A stretch of DNA of 64,000 nt, from the NCBI RefSeq assembly GCF_009914755.1, contig NC_060929.1. One strand, 5' to 3'. Below are positions 1 to 15,959 of the stretch, one piece after another. Each line of letters begins with the position of its first letter. The first letter of the stretch is position 1. Both the position numbers and the translations under genes were made by a program. A model generated the notes under the pieces. That model did no database searches. It saw nothing but the letters and a program-made list of their open reading frames with translations, and was not told the DNA's origin. The stretch comes from the human T2T-CHM13v2.0 reference genome, Homo sapiens.

Positions 1-253
1 CTTGAAATGTGGCTAGTCAAAGTTAAAATGTGCTGCAAAATACATATTGGATTTTGAAGACAATATGACAAAAGGATGTAAAATATGTCATTAATAATTT
101 GTCATATTGAATACACGCCAAAATTTTGAATCTATTAATTTAAATAAAATATATTATTAAAATTAATTAGGCCTGTTTATTCTTATTTTTAATGAGGCTA
201 CTATGTAATTTATTGAATGACATATATTTATTTATTTCTTTTGAACAGCAATG
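1..253. mobile_element. MER33-like hAT-Charlie DNA transposon fragment (cut by window start)
   Basis: cttgaaatgtggctagt...aaataaaatatattattaaaattaatt...gaacagc resembles recalled MER33 consensus. Confidence 0.7.
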
Positions 254-469
254 CTCTAGTGTTCTGCCACATAGAAGGCGCTCAGTAAGTCTTCGCTAAA
301 TAATTAAGTGATTTCAAGGTATACTGCAAAACCATCCTTTTTGATTTGCTTTCTTTGTATTTCCCTCCTAATTTTGGATAGGCCACTAGTGAAGGAAGAG
401 GAGATAACCTGGTGTGCTTGTACTGTAGTTCAGAATGCTGATGGTCAGATGGTTGGGCCAATGGACATG

Positions 470-660
470 TATCTTACTAGCTATGTAACTATCGGCAAGG
501 TACTAACCTCTCTGTGCTTTATTTTCTCAAGTATAAAATGGGGATGGGGATGACAACAGAGTGTTGAAAGAATAAAATGAGATAATTTTATGAGCCATTT
601 CACAGATCAAACTCTGCTTGGCATGGAATAAATGCTCAGCACATGTTAGCTTTATTACTT
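470..660 (+). mobile_element. MIR SINE
   Basis: cttactagctatgtaac...aacctctctgtgct...taaaatggg...aaatgagataat MIR core; boundaries approximate. Confidence 0.75.
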
Positions 661-1539
661 GTGCCATAGCTATTACAGCTCCCTGGTAAAATGTAGAGAG
701 AACACCTCATTCATTGTTCTTTCAAATTCTATAGAAGGCCAGAATAGAGAATCGCTGTCTCTGTATCCTGAGCAGTTAGAGTTTCCTTGGCAGCAAGGTG
801 TGGGGACAGTGTCAAGGTCTTAGGAGGCCAGGCATCCTGGAGATAGACAGCAATCTGATGACTTTTCCTGCCAGCTCTGGGATCTTCATACACAGACAGC
901 TTCCCTGCCTTGGGGCACTGGGAGCTGAGCATCTGGATAATAGCAAACTTGATTAACTTTAAGCAAGAAGAGCACAGCAGAAGAAATAATGATCATAAGC
1001 TCCAAACTTACAAATTAAAATGTGGAAGGCACTGTGGGTCACACACACCACTTATTTATAAATTATGCTTTCCAATTGAGTTTCTAAAATATGTCTGTGC
1101 AAAACTGATTTTTGACCCAAAAAAGCAAAACAGAGGGAAGGGAGGTAGACGTGGCTCCATGTGCATTTAATGCATCTTGAAATTCACCAGGGGACTCCCT
1201 TTTTCTTTGATCTCTTGTAACTTGGCCTGGGCTTGCAAATTAAATGCCTTTCCATTCAGATCTGTTCAATGATCAAATATGCCTGCACACCTGATTGTTC
1301 CAGGGGACTGATGGAGTTTTAATGATATTTTCTGGCACTCACTGCTAGGAGAGACTCCTGAAGGCAGCCCTCATGCAGGTCAAACAGTAGAAAAGGTTGG
1401 GTATTTCTTGGCCTTTGTGCATTTCTAGAGATGTTTTAGTTCTGAATACAACCCTGGTGCAGAATAGGCCCAACCAGCGTAAACAGAAGAGCTGTGGCAT
1501 TCCTGAAAAGAATGTGGATTTCAAAGCCAAGGAAACACA

Positions 1540-1745
1540 ATTTAGAATCCCAGTCCTAGCATGTCCTAGCTAGTAACCGCAGAGGCCACTTCTCTTTGAG
1601 TCTCTTTGAGTCAAGTTTTATAACCTGTAAAATGGCTACAATAATAGCAATCTCACCTTCTGGAAGAAGACTAAATGAAATAACACATATAACACTTCTA
1701 CCATAAGACCTGATATGCAGTACGGGCTCAAATATGGTAGCAATT
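1540..1745 (+). mobile_element. MIR SINE
   Basis: gaatcccagtcct...ctgtaaaatgg...aaatgaaataacacatataa; includes a 10-bp tandem duplication tctctttgag. Confidence 0.65.
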
Positions 1746-3264
1746 GTGTTTTGTTTGTGACTAACAAGAACTTTAAGAAATAAATATGCTCCTACACTAC
1801 CCCTTACTATGAATCATACATAGTAAGCAGGAAATGTTTTAGCTCTACCTATTAGGCACTAATATCTCATTATTAAGTATTGAAATGAATTATTTATTCC
1901 ATATTCAGCTAAAAAATCTGTATTTATACAATTATCAAGCCTCTTTTGAAAGCAGAAAACTGACAGCTTCTTGATAAAAGGAAGAGAGACAGTCTCACAC
2001 CTTTCTTTGTGAAACTTAAAATCCTGTTGAGGAGCAAATGACATGCTCCCAACATTTCTTACATATTATGAGCAATTAAAGCTTTTATCATTGAGGTATA
2101 CATTTTCATTCTGTTTAATTTTGATATTCAGAAAATGAAATTTTTTTGAAATCCCAGCCCTCACTCTTTAAAAATGTCACATTATATAACTAATAAGGAA
2201 AAATAGAGATGAGAGAATTTTCACATGTCATTTCATTCTATTCACAGTGGAAACAAATTTAGTCTGAGTGAGCCTAAACATGAATACAGAAGTGCTTCAG
2301 CAAAGAAGAATTTAACTGCTGTAAAGGGGGAGTAACGTGATATATTTCAGAAGTTCAAAGCTACCCAAACAATGGCATTTTTCTAGTTTTAATGGTTTTT
2401 ATTTTCCTTCTTTCTTAGATTATAACAAAAAATGAAGTGAGGACATGTATAATCAATAATTTGATCTGCTGTTTCACATAATTTGTTATAATTCTAATAA
2501 CAACAGCAATGATGATAATAGCATTTAAAACACTGAGTATGCCTATGATTCAAGCACTTTCTATATATTCTCTTTTTAAATACCCACAGCCACCTTAATG
2601 GCTAAAACTATTAAAACTGAATGATTAGGAAGTGATGGAGGCAAGATAAGGTAGGAGTTTATCCTGTTGCACAGAATGCATTGCTTTGCTTCTTGAAAGT
2701 ACCTATATGGGCATCAAAAAGAGAAAAATTAAAAACAGAACTGTTTTGATAGATTCTTAATTATGTAGATGATTTGTGTGTTGATATGTTGGGTCTTCTT
2801 TGATAAGCAAAATGGCTCTGAGTCAGCCATTAGTGCTATTTCTCTGCCTGTCTGTGTTTTAGGGTTGGATGGCAATTGCTAATACTTCAGCAGTTTGTGG
2901 GTTCTTCTCCCCATCTTCATAAATCCTGTCCCTGCTTCTATGAAGAAAACAAGCCTAGCACCCACACACTGAGAATCAGAGCTGAGATTAGCTCTCAAAT
3001 GCCAACTCCAACAATTTGTTTCTTCCTTTGGAGAAAACTGAGATACGAAGGCATAATGGGTGCATTTGCCAATGTTCCAGAGAGTTAAAGACAAATAAAA
3101 ATGTTTCTGATACTTTGGAGATGGTAGGAATATTCCACTATTGATAACTTATTTAAAAATAGATAAAAGAAAAACTGTATCATAGAATTGCCTTAATCTA
3201 CTACAAAACAGGGATTAATTGGAATTGTACTGAAAGACAAATGAATTGTGTATAGAAGAACAGA

Positions 3265-3848
3265 CTAAAAAAGCTTTTTAAAATAAGGAAAGGATTAACC
3301 AAATGAAAAGGCAGCCTGAGTATTGGGAAAAAATATTTGCAAAATCCATAATATATGAATAACTCAACACAATAGAAAAAGAAAATAACCTGATTTAAAA
3401 ATGGACAAAGGACCTAAATAGACATTTTTTTCCAAAAAAGATATGCAAATAGCCAACGGGTATATGAAAAGGTGCTAAATAACATCATTAATTATTAGGG
3501 AAATGTAAATCAAAACTACAATGAAGGGTGACTATTATGAAAAAGACAAGAGATAATAAGTGCTGGCAAGGACATGGAGAAAATGGAACTGTTGCACACT
3601 ATTGGTGGGAATATAAATTGGTGCAGTCATTATGAAAAACAATATGGAGTCTCCTTAAAACACTGAAAATAGAAGTACCATATGAACCAGCAATCCCACT
3701 ACTGGGTATATACCAAGAGGAAGTGAAATCAATATTTTGTAGGGATATGTGAACTCCCATGCTCATTGCAGCATTATTCACAATAGCCAAGATACGGAAA
3801 CAACCTAAGCATCCATTGACAGATAATTAGATAAATAAATAATGTGGG
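3265..3848 (+). mobile_element. L1MA-type LINE-1, ORF2 3' part (upstream piece, split by HSMAR2)
   Basis: ORF2 C-terminal hallmarks aaatcaaaactacaatga, gttggtgggaatataaattggtgcag, ccagcaatcccactactgggtatatacc. Confidence 0.9.
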
Positions 3849-3869
3849 GTGTGTGTGTGTGTGTGTGTG

Positions 3870-3871
<2 letters not shown>
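3849..3871. repeat. (GT)n microsatellite
   Basis: Direct reading; sits at the L1/HSMAR2 left junction. Confidence 0.95.
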
Positions 3872-5519
<1,648 letters not shown>

Positions 5520-5520
5520 T

Positions 5521-6031
5521 ACATAAAATGGAATATTATTCAGCCTTAAAAAGGAGATCCTGCCATTGCCACACATGGATGAACCTGGAAGACATTATGC
5601 TACATGACATAAGCCAGACACAAAAAGAGAAACACTGCATGATCTCACTTATATGTGAAATATTTTTTTTAAAAAAAAACACAAACAATGTCAAATGCAT
5701 AGAAACAAAATAAAACAGTGGTTACCAGGGGTGGAAGGTTGGGAGAAAATGAAAAGAGTTAGGTCAAACGATACAATGTTGGAGATATGTAGGATGAATA
5801 AGCCTAGAGATCTAATGTACAACATGAGGACTATTGTTAGTAATATTGTATTATATCCAGAATTTTTGCTAACAGAGCAGATTTTGGGTGCTCTTGCCAC
5901 ACATCCAAGATGGTAACTATGTGAGATAATATGTTAATTTGCTTGACTATAGTAACCATTTTTTTATGCATAAATATACCAAAACATCATGTTGTATATC
6001 TTAAATATATACAAAAATAAATAAAAATAAG
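5521..6031 (+). mobile_element. L1MA7/8-like 3' end (continuation of 3265-3848)
   Basis: Resumes aatggaatattattcagcc exactly after HSMAR2; 3'UTR tagagatctaatgtacaacatgagg and A-rich tail. Confidence 0.88.
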
Positions 6032-6199
6032 AAGACCGTAGTCAAAATTTTTCTTGCCTTTAGAGACTACCACACAACTTATTCTAACTAGTAACTTATT
6101 CACCCCTTCTTTAACTCAGTATTTAAGGCCACCTCCCCTTGGTAATAAGGAATTAGTCCCCCCAGGAGATTGCAAGAGCCACAGTAGGGCAATTGGTAG

Positions 6200-6430
6200 C
6201 ACAGTAGCTTTAACATCTGACAGGTTTGGTTTGGCAACTCACTGGTTGTACATCCTTAAGCAAGTTACATAACCTTTTTGAGTTTCAGTTTTTTTTCTCA
6301 TCAGTGGGAAAATAATGGCTAGTTGGTAGGTTTATCATGAGGACTGATGAGCTATGATGTTTGTAAGTCCTAAGAAAGTGCCTCATACAAAACAGAGGCT
6401 CAGTAAATGTTAGTTGTTATGATGATTATT
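6200..6430 (+). mobile_element. MIR SINE
   Basis: ccttaagcaagttacataacc...gagtttcagttt...ggctcagtaaatgttag. Confidence 0.65.
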
Positions 6431-7401
6431 CATAATATCTTACACCTTGGAGTCTACAATTTGTCTTCTGAAATTATAGATTTAGCTCAGGTATTGGATC
6501 TTAGCAAATGTTCAATGTATAACCCATTACTGTTATTATTGTTGTTATTCTAAAACCTAGATTTAGTGAATTTACATTATAAAATAATTACTATTAAGTA
6601 TATGTGATTATACTAAATATGAGGGATGACATACGGCACTATAGAATTCAACAGTTGGTATTAATTGAATATTGAAATGTGCATGTGATATGGATGATAC
6701 CGGGTGAATAGTAGCTCAACAGACAAGGCTTAAAGAGTGTTTACTCCTTGCAAGCATAATACTAAGAATTCTAAAATCTCACTACATTATTTATTGATCC
6801 TTCATATAATCCTTGAAAGGGATCATTATGCCCATTTTGTATATAAAGAAATCTGAAGCTTAGAAAAGCTAAGTAGCTTGCTGGAGGTTCACACTTGCAT
6901 ATGGGTAAGACGTAATTCAAATTCACTTTCACCTGACTGCAAAACACTTGTCCTTAACCCCTAAGCTAGTGACTCAGAGTGAAGCCACTTGGAGCTCTAC
7001 CCTGTCAACAGCTGCGTGTTCTTTGAAGGATATAGGAAAATTACATATGTATGCAGTGACCCTCTGGAAACTGGAAGGAATAGAGAAGTCTGAGACATTG
7101 TCTTAATCTTTTTTATAATAGTCTTATATTTAGACTGTATTTCGCTAATACAGCCTGGGCTTTCCACAAAATAATTTAAGATAATGAAGTTTCCCTGCAG
7201 TAAATATTCATCCCATTAAAAATAACTGAACTCCAGAAACAGAACAGAATAGGAACTCAGTGAATGCACTGACATAATGACAGACACTGGGAGGGACCTG
7301 GCCTTCACCGGTGTGCCATGCTGTTTCCTTTTGTTGAATGCCTCCAGTGAGAAGTCCGTGGAGTGGCAGCCCCAGTAACTGGTTAAGAATTCAGACTTGG
7401 G

Positions 7402-7848
<447 letters not shown>

Positions 7849-10800
7849 CTATTACCCTTATCTATCTCTTTGGGGTGTGTGAGCATTAAGTGAGCTAATG
7901 CGGGTAAACCACTGGGCACCATACTGGATGGCAGAAAGCACTCAATGGTGGTAGCTGGTCCTGCGGTAAATGGCTTTCACACAGGGATGGTTCCAACAGA
8001 GATATCTAAATGCAAACAAGTGCCTAGTAAATGAACACTCAAAGGTTAAGTACTTAAACCGAAGGAGTAAAATGTTCAACGTGAGTTTATGTTTTTCTGT
8101 TAGTTCTATTCTTTGCTGAAGCTAAGGAGGGGTGGTAAGGAGCCACTGGTATTTGTATAGGGGAATCTCATTTCCTTTAGTGCAGGAGTGTGTCCATACC
8201 CGGAACCGCCCCTCGCTATGGAAACCAGCACAGGCAGTCCCACAAAGCCCTTGAATGTTTAGCAATTTCCCAAATCATAGCAACAAGCCAGAGAAAAGGA
8301 TGCAGCTGAAAATAGCAAAGGTGGAGACCCAAGAGGCAGTGGGGTCACTCCTAATGCTGAGCAAGTTTTTAGTAATCTTATCTGCTATGCCCCCAGCATC
8401 TTTTCTTTTGTTAAAAAGCTGTGGCAAAAATAATGCTGTCAGCAAAATGCAGAGAGCAGTGAGTCTGATGTAAAATAATGATTCCGTTCTCTAAAGGCTC
8501 ATGGTTCTTTACAGTCATTGTATACCACATGCTTTTGAGGCTGGAAGTTGACAGGTAACATCAGAGGGAAGAAAAGGAGAATTAATTTGCTTAGTCTGGA
8601 CTGCTATTGAGAACCTGGGCTGTAGATTTGGCTCAGCCACAAAATCAAGACATAATATGCACAAGCCCTTTTGCCTGTGAAGCCCTGGCCTCAGTTTCTT
8701 CACCTTTGAGATGAATGGTTTCTAAAGAGAAGCTGAGCTCCATGAAGGCAGGGCTTAATGAATCCTTGGTACCTATAGTAAGGCCTGACACACAGCAGGT
8801 GCTGAATAAATCAGATATTATTGTTATCAAACTAGCAAAGTTAAGACGATCCTTTACTTTGCTATTGAGACTCCCTTCTATGAGCATATCGAAGAAGCTA
8901 TGAGTCCAAAACTAGCCAAGTAACCCTTTAAAAGAAGTGACGCTGCCTTTCCAAAGCCAGGCTAATACTGCATACAGACTACACAAGGGCCAAGATGCCC
9001 AGCCCAAAGCTGAATGAATCCTTCTTAGAATCACAGGGTTGTGAGGAGCACTTGAGGTCCTCCTTCTCTGCATCACCATCAGAGCCTCTCCACTGAATGG
9101 GAAGGCTGCAGTATTTGGAGGAAGCCCAGCTGTTTGAGGGAATAGCAATAGCTAACCCTTCACAGCTTAGAAACATTGTCTTATTTGGACAGAAGTCTTG
9201 TGAGAAAGGGAAGTGGGTGGCTTATCCAATGTAGGATGAAGAAACTGAAACTCAGACAAGGTATCCACTTGATCAAAGTTAATTCATTGGTAAGTAGAAC
9301 AGCCAGGAATTGAGCCTGAGAATTTAAACTCCAAGATCCCAGCATTCCATAGTAAGAAACTGTGGATCCCCATCTGTTCCCACACTATGCTCAAAGATCC
9401 TGTGTCCCGAGCAGAACAGTAATTCGTAATAACCAGCATTCATTGCTCCTAGCATTACCAGATACTGTAACTCAGGCACTGTTCTCAGCACATTACATGT
9501 TAACACATTTCATCACAGCAATGCTGTGAGGCAGGCACTACTTTTATTCCCAATTCAGAGATGAATGAAGCACATAGATTTTGAAGTAGCTTGCCAGAGT
9601 TTAGCCAGCTACCAAGGGAGGCTGTAGGTAATCAGGGAATCATTAAGTCCCTTTCTCCCACTCATGAGAGAGTGTCTGGGAGGTTGGGGTTTAGGAAGAG
9701 CCCCTCCATCTTTAGCTCACCAAAATGTGCCTAGGGAATCCAAAGAGGTCTGACTATGTTTGAGGATGGAAATTGGCCAGCGTCTGTCATCTCAGGTTTG
9801 CAGCTGCCAACACCAAAGGGATATATTCCCTTTCCTTTGTGGAGTCATGCATCATGACCTCCTTCTCTATTTCCAGCAGCTGCACCCTTTCATTTTGCCA
9901 AAAGTTTTCTCACTGATTAAGGCAGGTCTGAGAGAAGAGTTGGCCTGGGATTTCCAGGAGCCTCTTCTGTCACTGGCTCCTCTGAGTGAGGATTAGATAG
10001 CAAAGGTAGGGCAAGGAGAAGGTAGGGCCATTAGAAAACCCATTTGGTTTTCAAACACCTACCATGTGACAAACACTGAAATTAGCCCATTCACTCATTC
10101 AAAATGAGTTTACTGGGCACCTATTATGTGCCAACCTGGCTGTTCAATATTAATTAATTTTAAAATACCATTGGTCATCTATAAATATGAAGCCTGATAA
10201 TAGGCATTATGCGTGAGTGATGATGGTTATGATTTATTAAAAACTTACCAGTGTTCTAAGGATATGCCATTTAATGATTTAATCATCATGACTGTAAGAT
10301 TACTACTATTACTGTTTCTATTTTATAGACCATAAAACATATGGCTAGAAGTTTAATAAATTAGCCAATATCACACAAGGGGTAATTTGTAGAGCCTGGA
10401 TATAAAAATGACTAGAACTCAGTCCCAGCCTTAGGGGAGGCTCAGTCATTGTAACCTATTCACCCCTCACAACAACCCAGTGAGATAAGCAGTACCATTA
10501 CTTGCATCATGGATTATGCCTGTTTGATTTTTACAATTTCAATTTTAAGTTCTTAGTGGGAGAACCACACATGAAATACCCATTTTTCATAGAACATGAC
10601 CTCTAATGGCAAAGCAATTTTTCAGCAGATATTCGATGAAATAAGGACCTTTTCCAATGCTTAGGTTTACATAAAATCATACCCAATATACTTTAAATGT
10701 GATTCAATTTCATTTAACTAATGAGAAACTGAGGCTTAGGAAGCTTAAGTGACCTTCTGAGGCCCCATTGCTAGTAAGTGGCAAACCCAGTTTGTGCTCT

Positions 10801-12944
10801 TCTACCAAAGCACACTTGCAAATAGACCTGTGGAAAACTTAGTTTGTAAGGTGTCTGGAATGCTAATTGATTATATCTTTCTGGGGAAGACAACTCTTTA
10901 TTCTCAACAGGCTCGATATGAGTTTTAGAGATTTCTGATCAACTCTGAGAAACTGTCAAAGCCAAACCCTGGTTTTGGTTTTCTGTGCAAACATTGACAA
11001 AAGATGTATGTATTTGCTGGGCGATAGACATTTAGGATCTAGCCCAGGTGCTGGTTTGGATGCCTGAAGTAGAACACTCTAAGCATAATGGAGAAATCCT
11101 GCATTTGTACAATAGCATCCTTGCAAAGTATGAGGAAATTAATGTGTTCTTACAAATATGTTCTAAAACGGCAAATTATTGAGGAAGTTGGGAAGCTTCA
11201 GAGATGTTCTCAAGAGAGCTGTCATTGCAGGAAATACTCATAACCCACTCTTTGGTGCCTTAACTGAAGACAAAATTTTTGCATGGATAAACTTTTCTCC
11301 TGGGGCATGACTGGCATTCTGAGCACAGACATGCATGTGTGAACTTGAGATACTGGACAAATCTTTTTAGCTCTCTGGTCCCCAGTTTCCCTGTTTATTA
11401 AAGGGGAAAATATAGAAAGAAATCTTTCTGTAACATTTTCTGGGATCATGGACTCAGGAAACTTTGCAAATCTAAAAAAATTTCAGAATCTTCTCTCCCA
11501 AAATGTGTAAATTTTTGTTTCATAAGTACACAGGCCCCTGAAGCCCAGTAACGTTTCCCCTAGATGTCTATGAATCCCAAGTGTAGTCTATTTCTAAATT
11601 CAGTTTTAGGGGAAATATGTATTATTTCTAACAATCAAAGTTTTGGATTTCTTGTATGCCTGGGCAGCCATCCATTCCTGCTCCTCCACTACCAAGTGAC
11701 TTAGCAGCTTATGTCAAAGTTCTAAGGGAAGTCTTTCAGATTAATAGATGTGTGCCCAAGACTAACAAAGAGATCAGCTCCTTCAGAACTTCCCTTCAAT
11801 ATTTAACTTTGTGAAAAAATAATCCTTTTAGTGGGAAGAGCTGCTCTACCAGGCTCGAAGAGGGTATAAGATTACCAGCCTAATAACTTTCAGGAGTAAT
11901 ATGCTCCTTGATGTCAACTATTTGTTGCTGGGAGAACATAAATAACTATTTTGATGCTCTTCATTAAAGAAGCAGTTATCTGGGCTTTTTATTCAGTCAA
12001 CTAATATGGCTTGAGTAATCATTATATGCAAGTATTTGGGAAATACAAAGATGATTCATTAAATGACCTTTTCTTTAAACATATTACAAATGTTTTACTG
12101 GCCTTACTAATTCCAAAATATGTTTTTGCAAGTATTATTTTGCCCTTGTTTTTCACATTGCCCTATTTCCATGTATATTTCATGTATGTAGAGATATGCG
12201 TGCATGTACATATTCATGTGTTTGTGAGTTCATATTCCTTGCAAATTTATCTGCAGGAATTTGGGGAGGGTTTGACTTGAGGTTGCATTCCTTTAGAGAA
12301 AAACTGCGTTTCCTCTCTGGGTATATTACCTGTATAGTACTATAGTATAGTACTGATTTAGGAGATCTCTTTTATCAAATTCTTCTTTGGAGATGTTTTA
12401 TACATTACAAGAAATATAAATTTGGCCACAAACCCACATAAGGACTAACTTGGAGTTATGAAAATCTCAAGAAAATGTTTATATATTCTTTTTTTCCCCT
12501 TCATTCAGTACTGTTTCATCCAAACACTGAGTTGATTTCTCATTTCCCCTTAGTTTGAAGATACAGCCCTTTGGGGATCCCAGGAGTTGGGATTTCCTAT
12601 TTGATTCCCAACCTTTTAAGGGTTGTAGACTTTATCATCTGTTCATTGTGCAAGCTTAAAAATGGAAGTTCAATGTCACCATTTTTCTGGAGATCCCTGC
12701 TGGGATTATTTCTGTTTACCTTCATTTTTCCTCTCTGCAGTTTTCTGCTATCATATGACTTATAGTTTACCTTAAATTACTCCAGCATATAAAGCGATAT
12801 ATTGCAAATTTTGATGTGTGCATACATTTCATTCATACCTTCAGAATAGTTACATCTCATTAAAAAACCCTCATCATAAATCCATAATCCAGAATTGATT
12901 TCTACAAGCCCTTCAACTCTTCTTGTCATAATACATGCAAGAGC

Positions 12945-13092
12945 CATACTCAAATTATGATCTAGGACCAGCAGCATTAGCATCATCTGACAGCTTATTA
13001 GAAATGCAAATTGTTGAGCCCTTCCACGAACCTACTGAATCAGAATTTTCTGGGCTGGGGTCCAGGAATCTGTGTTTTAATCCGCTCTCCAG
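12945..13092. mobile_element. MER5A hAT-Charlie fragment
   Basis: accagcagcattagcatc...ttagaaatgcaaatt...cctactgaatcagaa...aatctgtgttttaa. Confidence 0.85.
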
Positions 13093-14264
13093 AAACAATG
13101 GGGAAGGCATGTCTTGTGACAGGAAGAGGAAAATTTTGAGCAAAGACCAAGGCTAGAAAGAGGTACATGGGAATAGTAAGTCATTCAGTTTGGCAAGAGC
13201 TTCTGTTTAGCTGGGACAGATCATTGAGCCCATATCACTGATGAGTTTAAAATTTAATTACATTCTTTTTTAGTCCTTTAATATTCTACAGGAAAATGGA
13301 AAGTAATGGAGACAGGACAGTCTTGGGATAAAGCAATGAGTTCTTTCCTAAGACCCATGGAAATAACTCAGAACACTACCACTGTGATCTGTGAAAGGCG
13401 TAAGGAAAATCCACAGAGGCTGATGCTAATATTAGCCCAAGGCTTGGAATCCTACTGATGCATTTTACAGCCCTGTGTTGGCAAAGAGCACATGGAAATG
13501 TATTTTCACAATAAAAATCAGAAGGCTTTGGGAGAAGATTGCCAAGTGCACAGATGCAGGGGATGTTAATTATTCTCATGGACAAAGCACCTAAGGACTT
13601 TGTGTGAATTATTAAAATGCTGTGCTAACTTATTGCATTTGAATGTCAATTGACTGGATATCAGTGTTAAGAGATCTTTACTTCAGGAAAAAATAATAAA
13701 ATTTCTAGTATTCCCTCCCTGACAGAGCTGCTATTATTGTTGCCTTTATTGAATTACATGGTATGGAAATTGGAATGGCAATATGTCTGTACAAATACAG
13801 ACACTGAGGCTTTTCTTAGGAAAAGGTGGGAGAACAAAGAGACATTAGAATTTGTATCAATGATTCTTCCTTTGAGGAAATAATGTCATCAGCTTTCCCA
13901 AGAAATGCCATCTTGACATTTAATTGTACAACATCAAAGGAAAGCACTTACACAGTTAAAGGGAGGGCTTTATTGGAAGAAGGCAGGGGACATGGGAGGC
14001 AGTGGAGTGTTCAGAGCTGCCAATAAATGACTTTCTGATTGATTGCTTATAGATGTCTGCATACAAATTAATCTCATTAGTGCCTCCAAAAACGTAGATG
14101 GCAAACACCTAACTTGTGAAGATTAAAGAAAAATAGATTTAGTGTATTCTGCAACATTTCTGGCATATAGTAGGTGCTCAATAAATGAAAGTTTTCATTT
14201 TTATTAATGAAGCAAAGATGACCAACCAAGACCAGACTCAGACCACATGGCTGACTGTCCATTG

Positions 14265-14601
14265 TGTTTATCTGCCCAACGCTTATTCCTTCTTCTGTTG
14301 CTAATTACGCGCTACTTCTATTTTGGAGAATGACTCCTTCCCAATTGTACAATTTTGGAGGGGAATTTTGTCATTCCCCTGCAGAGAGGGCTTGAAGTCC
14401 AAGGCAAGGTCAATCGGATGCTTCCTTTCTAGATGGTAACCAAAAGCCTGAAAGCAAGCCTGCTGAACAAAATGGACATTCATTACTGCTCCCAGATCCC
14501 CAAAGCTCTGTGATTCTTGTCCTTTCCAAGGACTGGTTCTTCAACTTTCTCTTCAATTCTTTGAGATTTCTGTTGCCTGAAAACAAATCCCAACTGATAC
14601 A
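14265..14601 (+). mobile_element. Old MaLR (MLT1-like) LTR remnant
   Basis: Ends tttctgttgcctg...ctgataca, a typical MLT1 terminus; interior very degenerate. Confidence 0.4.
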
Positions 14602-15114
14602 GAATATGAGTACTAACAACATCTTCAATATCATCTAATTCTGCTATCTTATGGAGGAGAAAACTGGGGCCCAGAGAAAAAAAGAAGTTTTTGTTGTGTT
14701 TTTAGTCACAGTGACAGAGCTGGGACTGAAGCTGTTTTGGATCGCGCGCCAGTGTTCTTTTCATTCTTCATCATGATTTCTAACCCTGGTTAAGGTGCTA
14801 CCTTTCCGACAATCTGTGGACATTGGAGAAAGTTCTTCTGGAACAGTCCCCAGGTTTGTAGCAAATGTCAGCAACTTGGTGCTGTTCTAGCCACAGACGG
14901 AACTGAGCTGTGAGGTGAGATGCCCCGCCCACTTAGCCACTGCCTCATGGCAGTCTCTAGGGAGAAAAAAAAAGACCATGAAGCAGCAGGGATGGTACTC
15001 ACTAATTTTTCTTTTTAAAGGAGAATCTAATGTTCTTGGCTTTTTGCTTTCAAATTATCCTGGACAAGCAGAGATTTCATTCAGGTAGCAACTGTCCATA
15101 GGACTTGTCTTCCC

Positions 15115-15186
15115 GCCTTCCCTTCCCCCTTCTTCTCTTCCTTCCTTTTCATTTTTCCTTCTTCCTGTTCTTCTTCCCTCCCTCCA
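15115..15186. repeat. Polypyrimidine low-complexity tract
   Basis: About 70 nt almost entirely C/T. Confidence 0.85.
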
Positions 15187-15639
15187 AATATGATTATAGT
15201 TTGGCTTCTCTATATACCTTTGAATATGTCACTACTTTCAAGCTCATTAATGAATGATAGGAGAGGGGAAAACTCAATCAGCAAAGAGGTAATTTTTCCT
15301 TAACTATATTTAAGATAGAAATGACTACATAACTTATATTAAGGTTTTATGACTTAAAATTTTATATAAATGGTAATAACTGATAAAATTATACACTGTA
15401 ACACAGTAATTGGCAGCTCAGACTCCAGAGGCAAAAGGCACCTGGTTCAAATGCTGGCCCTGCTGCACATGAGACTGCAGACAAGTAACACGTTCTAAGG
15501 GTTCTCTTCTTTCATCTGCAAAATGGAGGTTATGAAAATAGTATTACCATGATGGACAAGCTAGTTGCCAATATAACTTACATTTCAAAACTCTTTGCTC
15601 CTTGCTCATGTCTATTTGAGACAAAAAAGGAAAAAAGTT

Positions 15640-15922
15640 GGTTGGGTGCAGTGGTTCACGCCTGTTAATCCCAGCATTTTGGGAGGCCGAGGCAGGTGGA
15701 TCATGAGGTCAGGAGATCAAGACCATCCTGGCTAACACAGTGAAACCCTGTCTCTACTAAAAACACAAAAAAATTAGCCGGGTGAGGTGGCGGGCACTTG
15801 TAGTCCCAGCTACTTGGGAGGCTTAGGCAGGAGAATGGCGTGAACCTGGGAGGCAGAGCTTGCAGTGAGCCGAGATTGTACCACTGCACTCCAGCCTAGG
15901 TGACAGAGTGAGACTCTGCCTC

Positions 15923-15951
<29 letters not shown>
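15640..15951 (+). mobile_element. AluY
   Basis: Y diagnostics gagatcaagaccatcctggctaacac, gaatggcgtgaacc, gagcttgcagtg; long pure poly-A tail. Confidence 0.95.
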
Positions 15952-15953
<2 letters not shown>

Positions 15954-15959
15954 TTAAAT

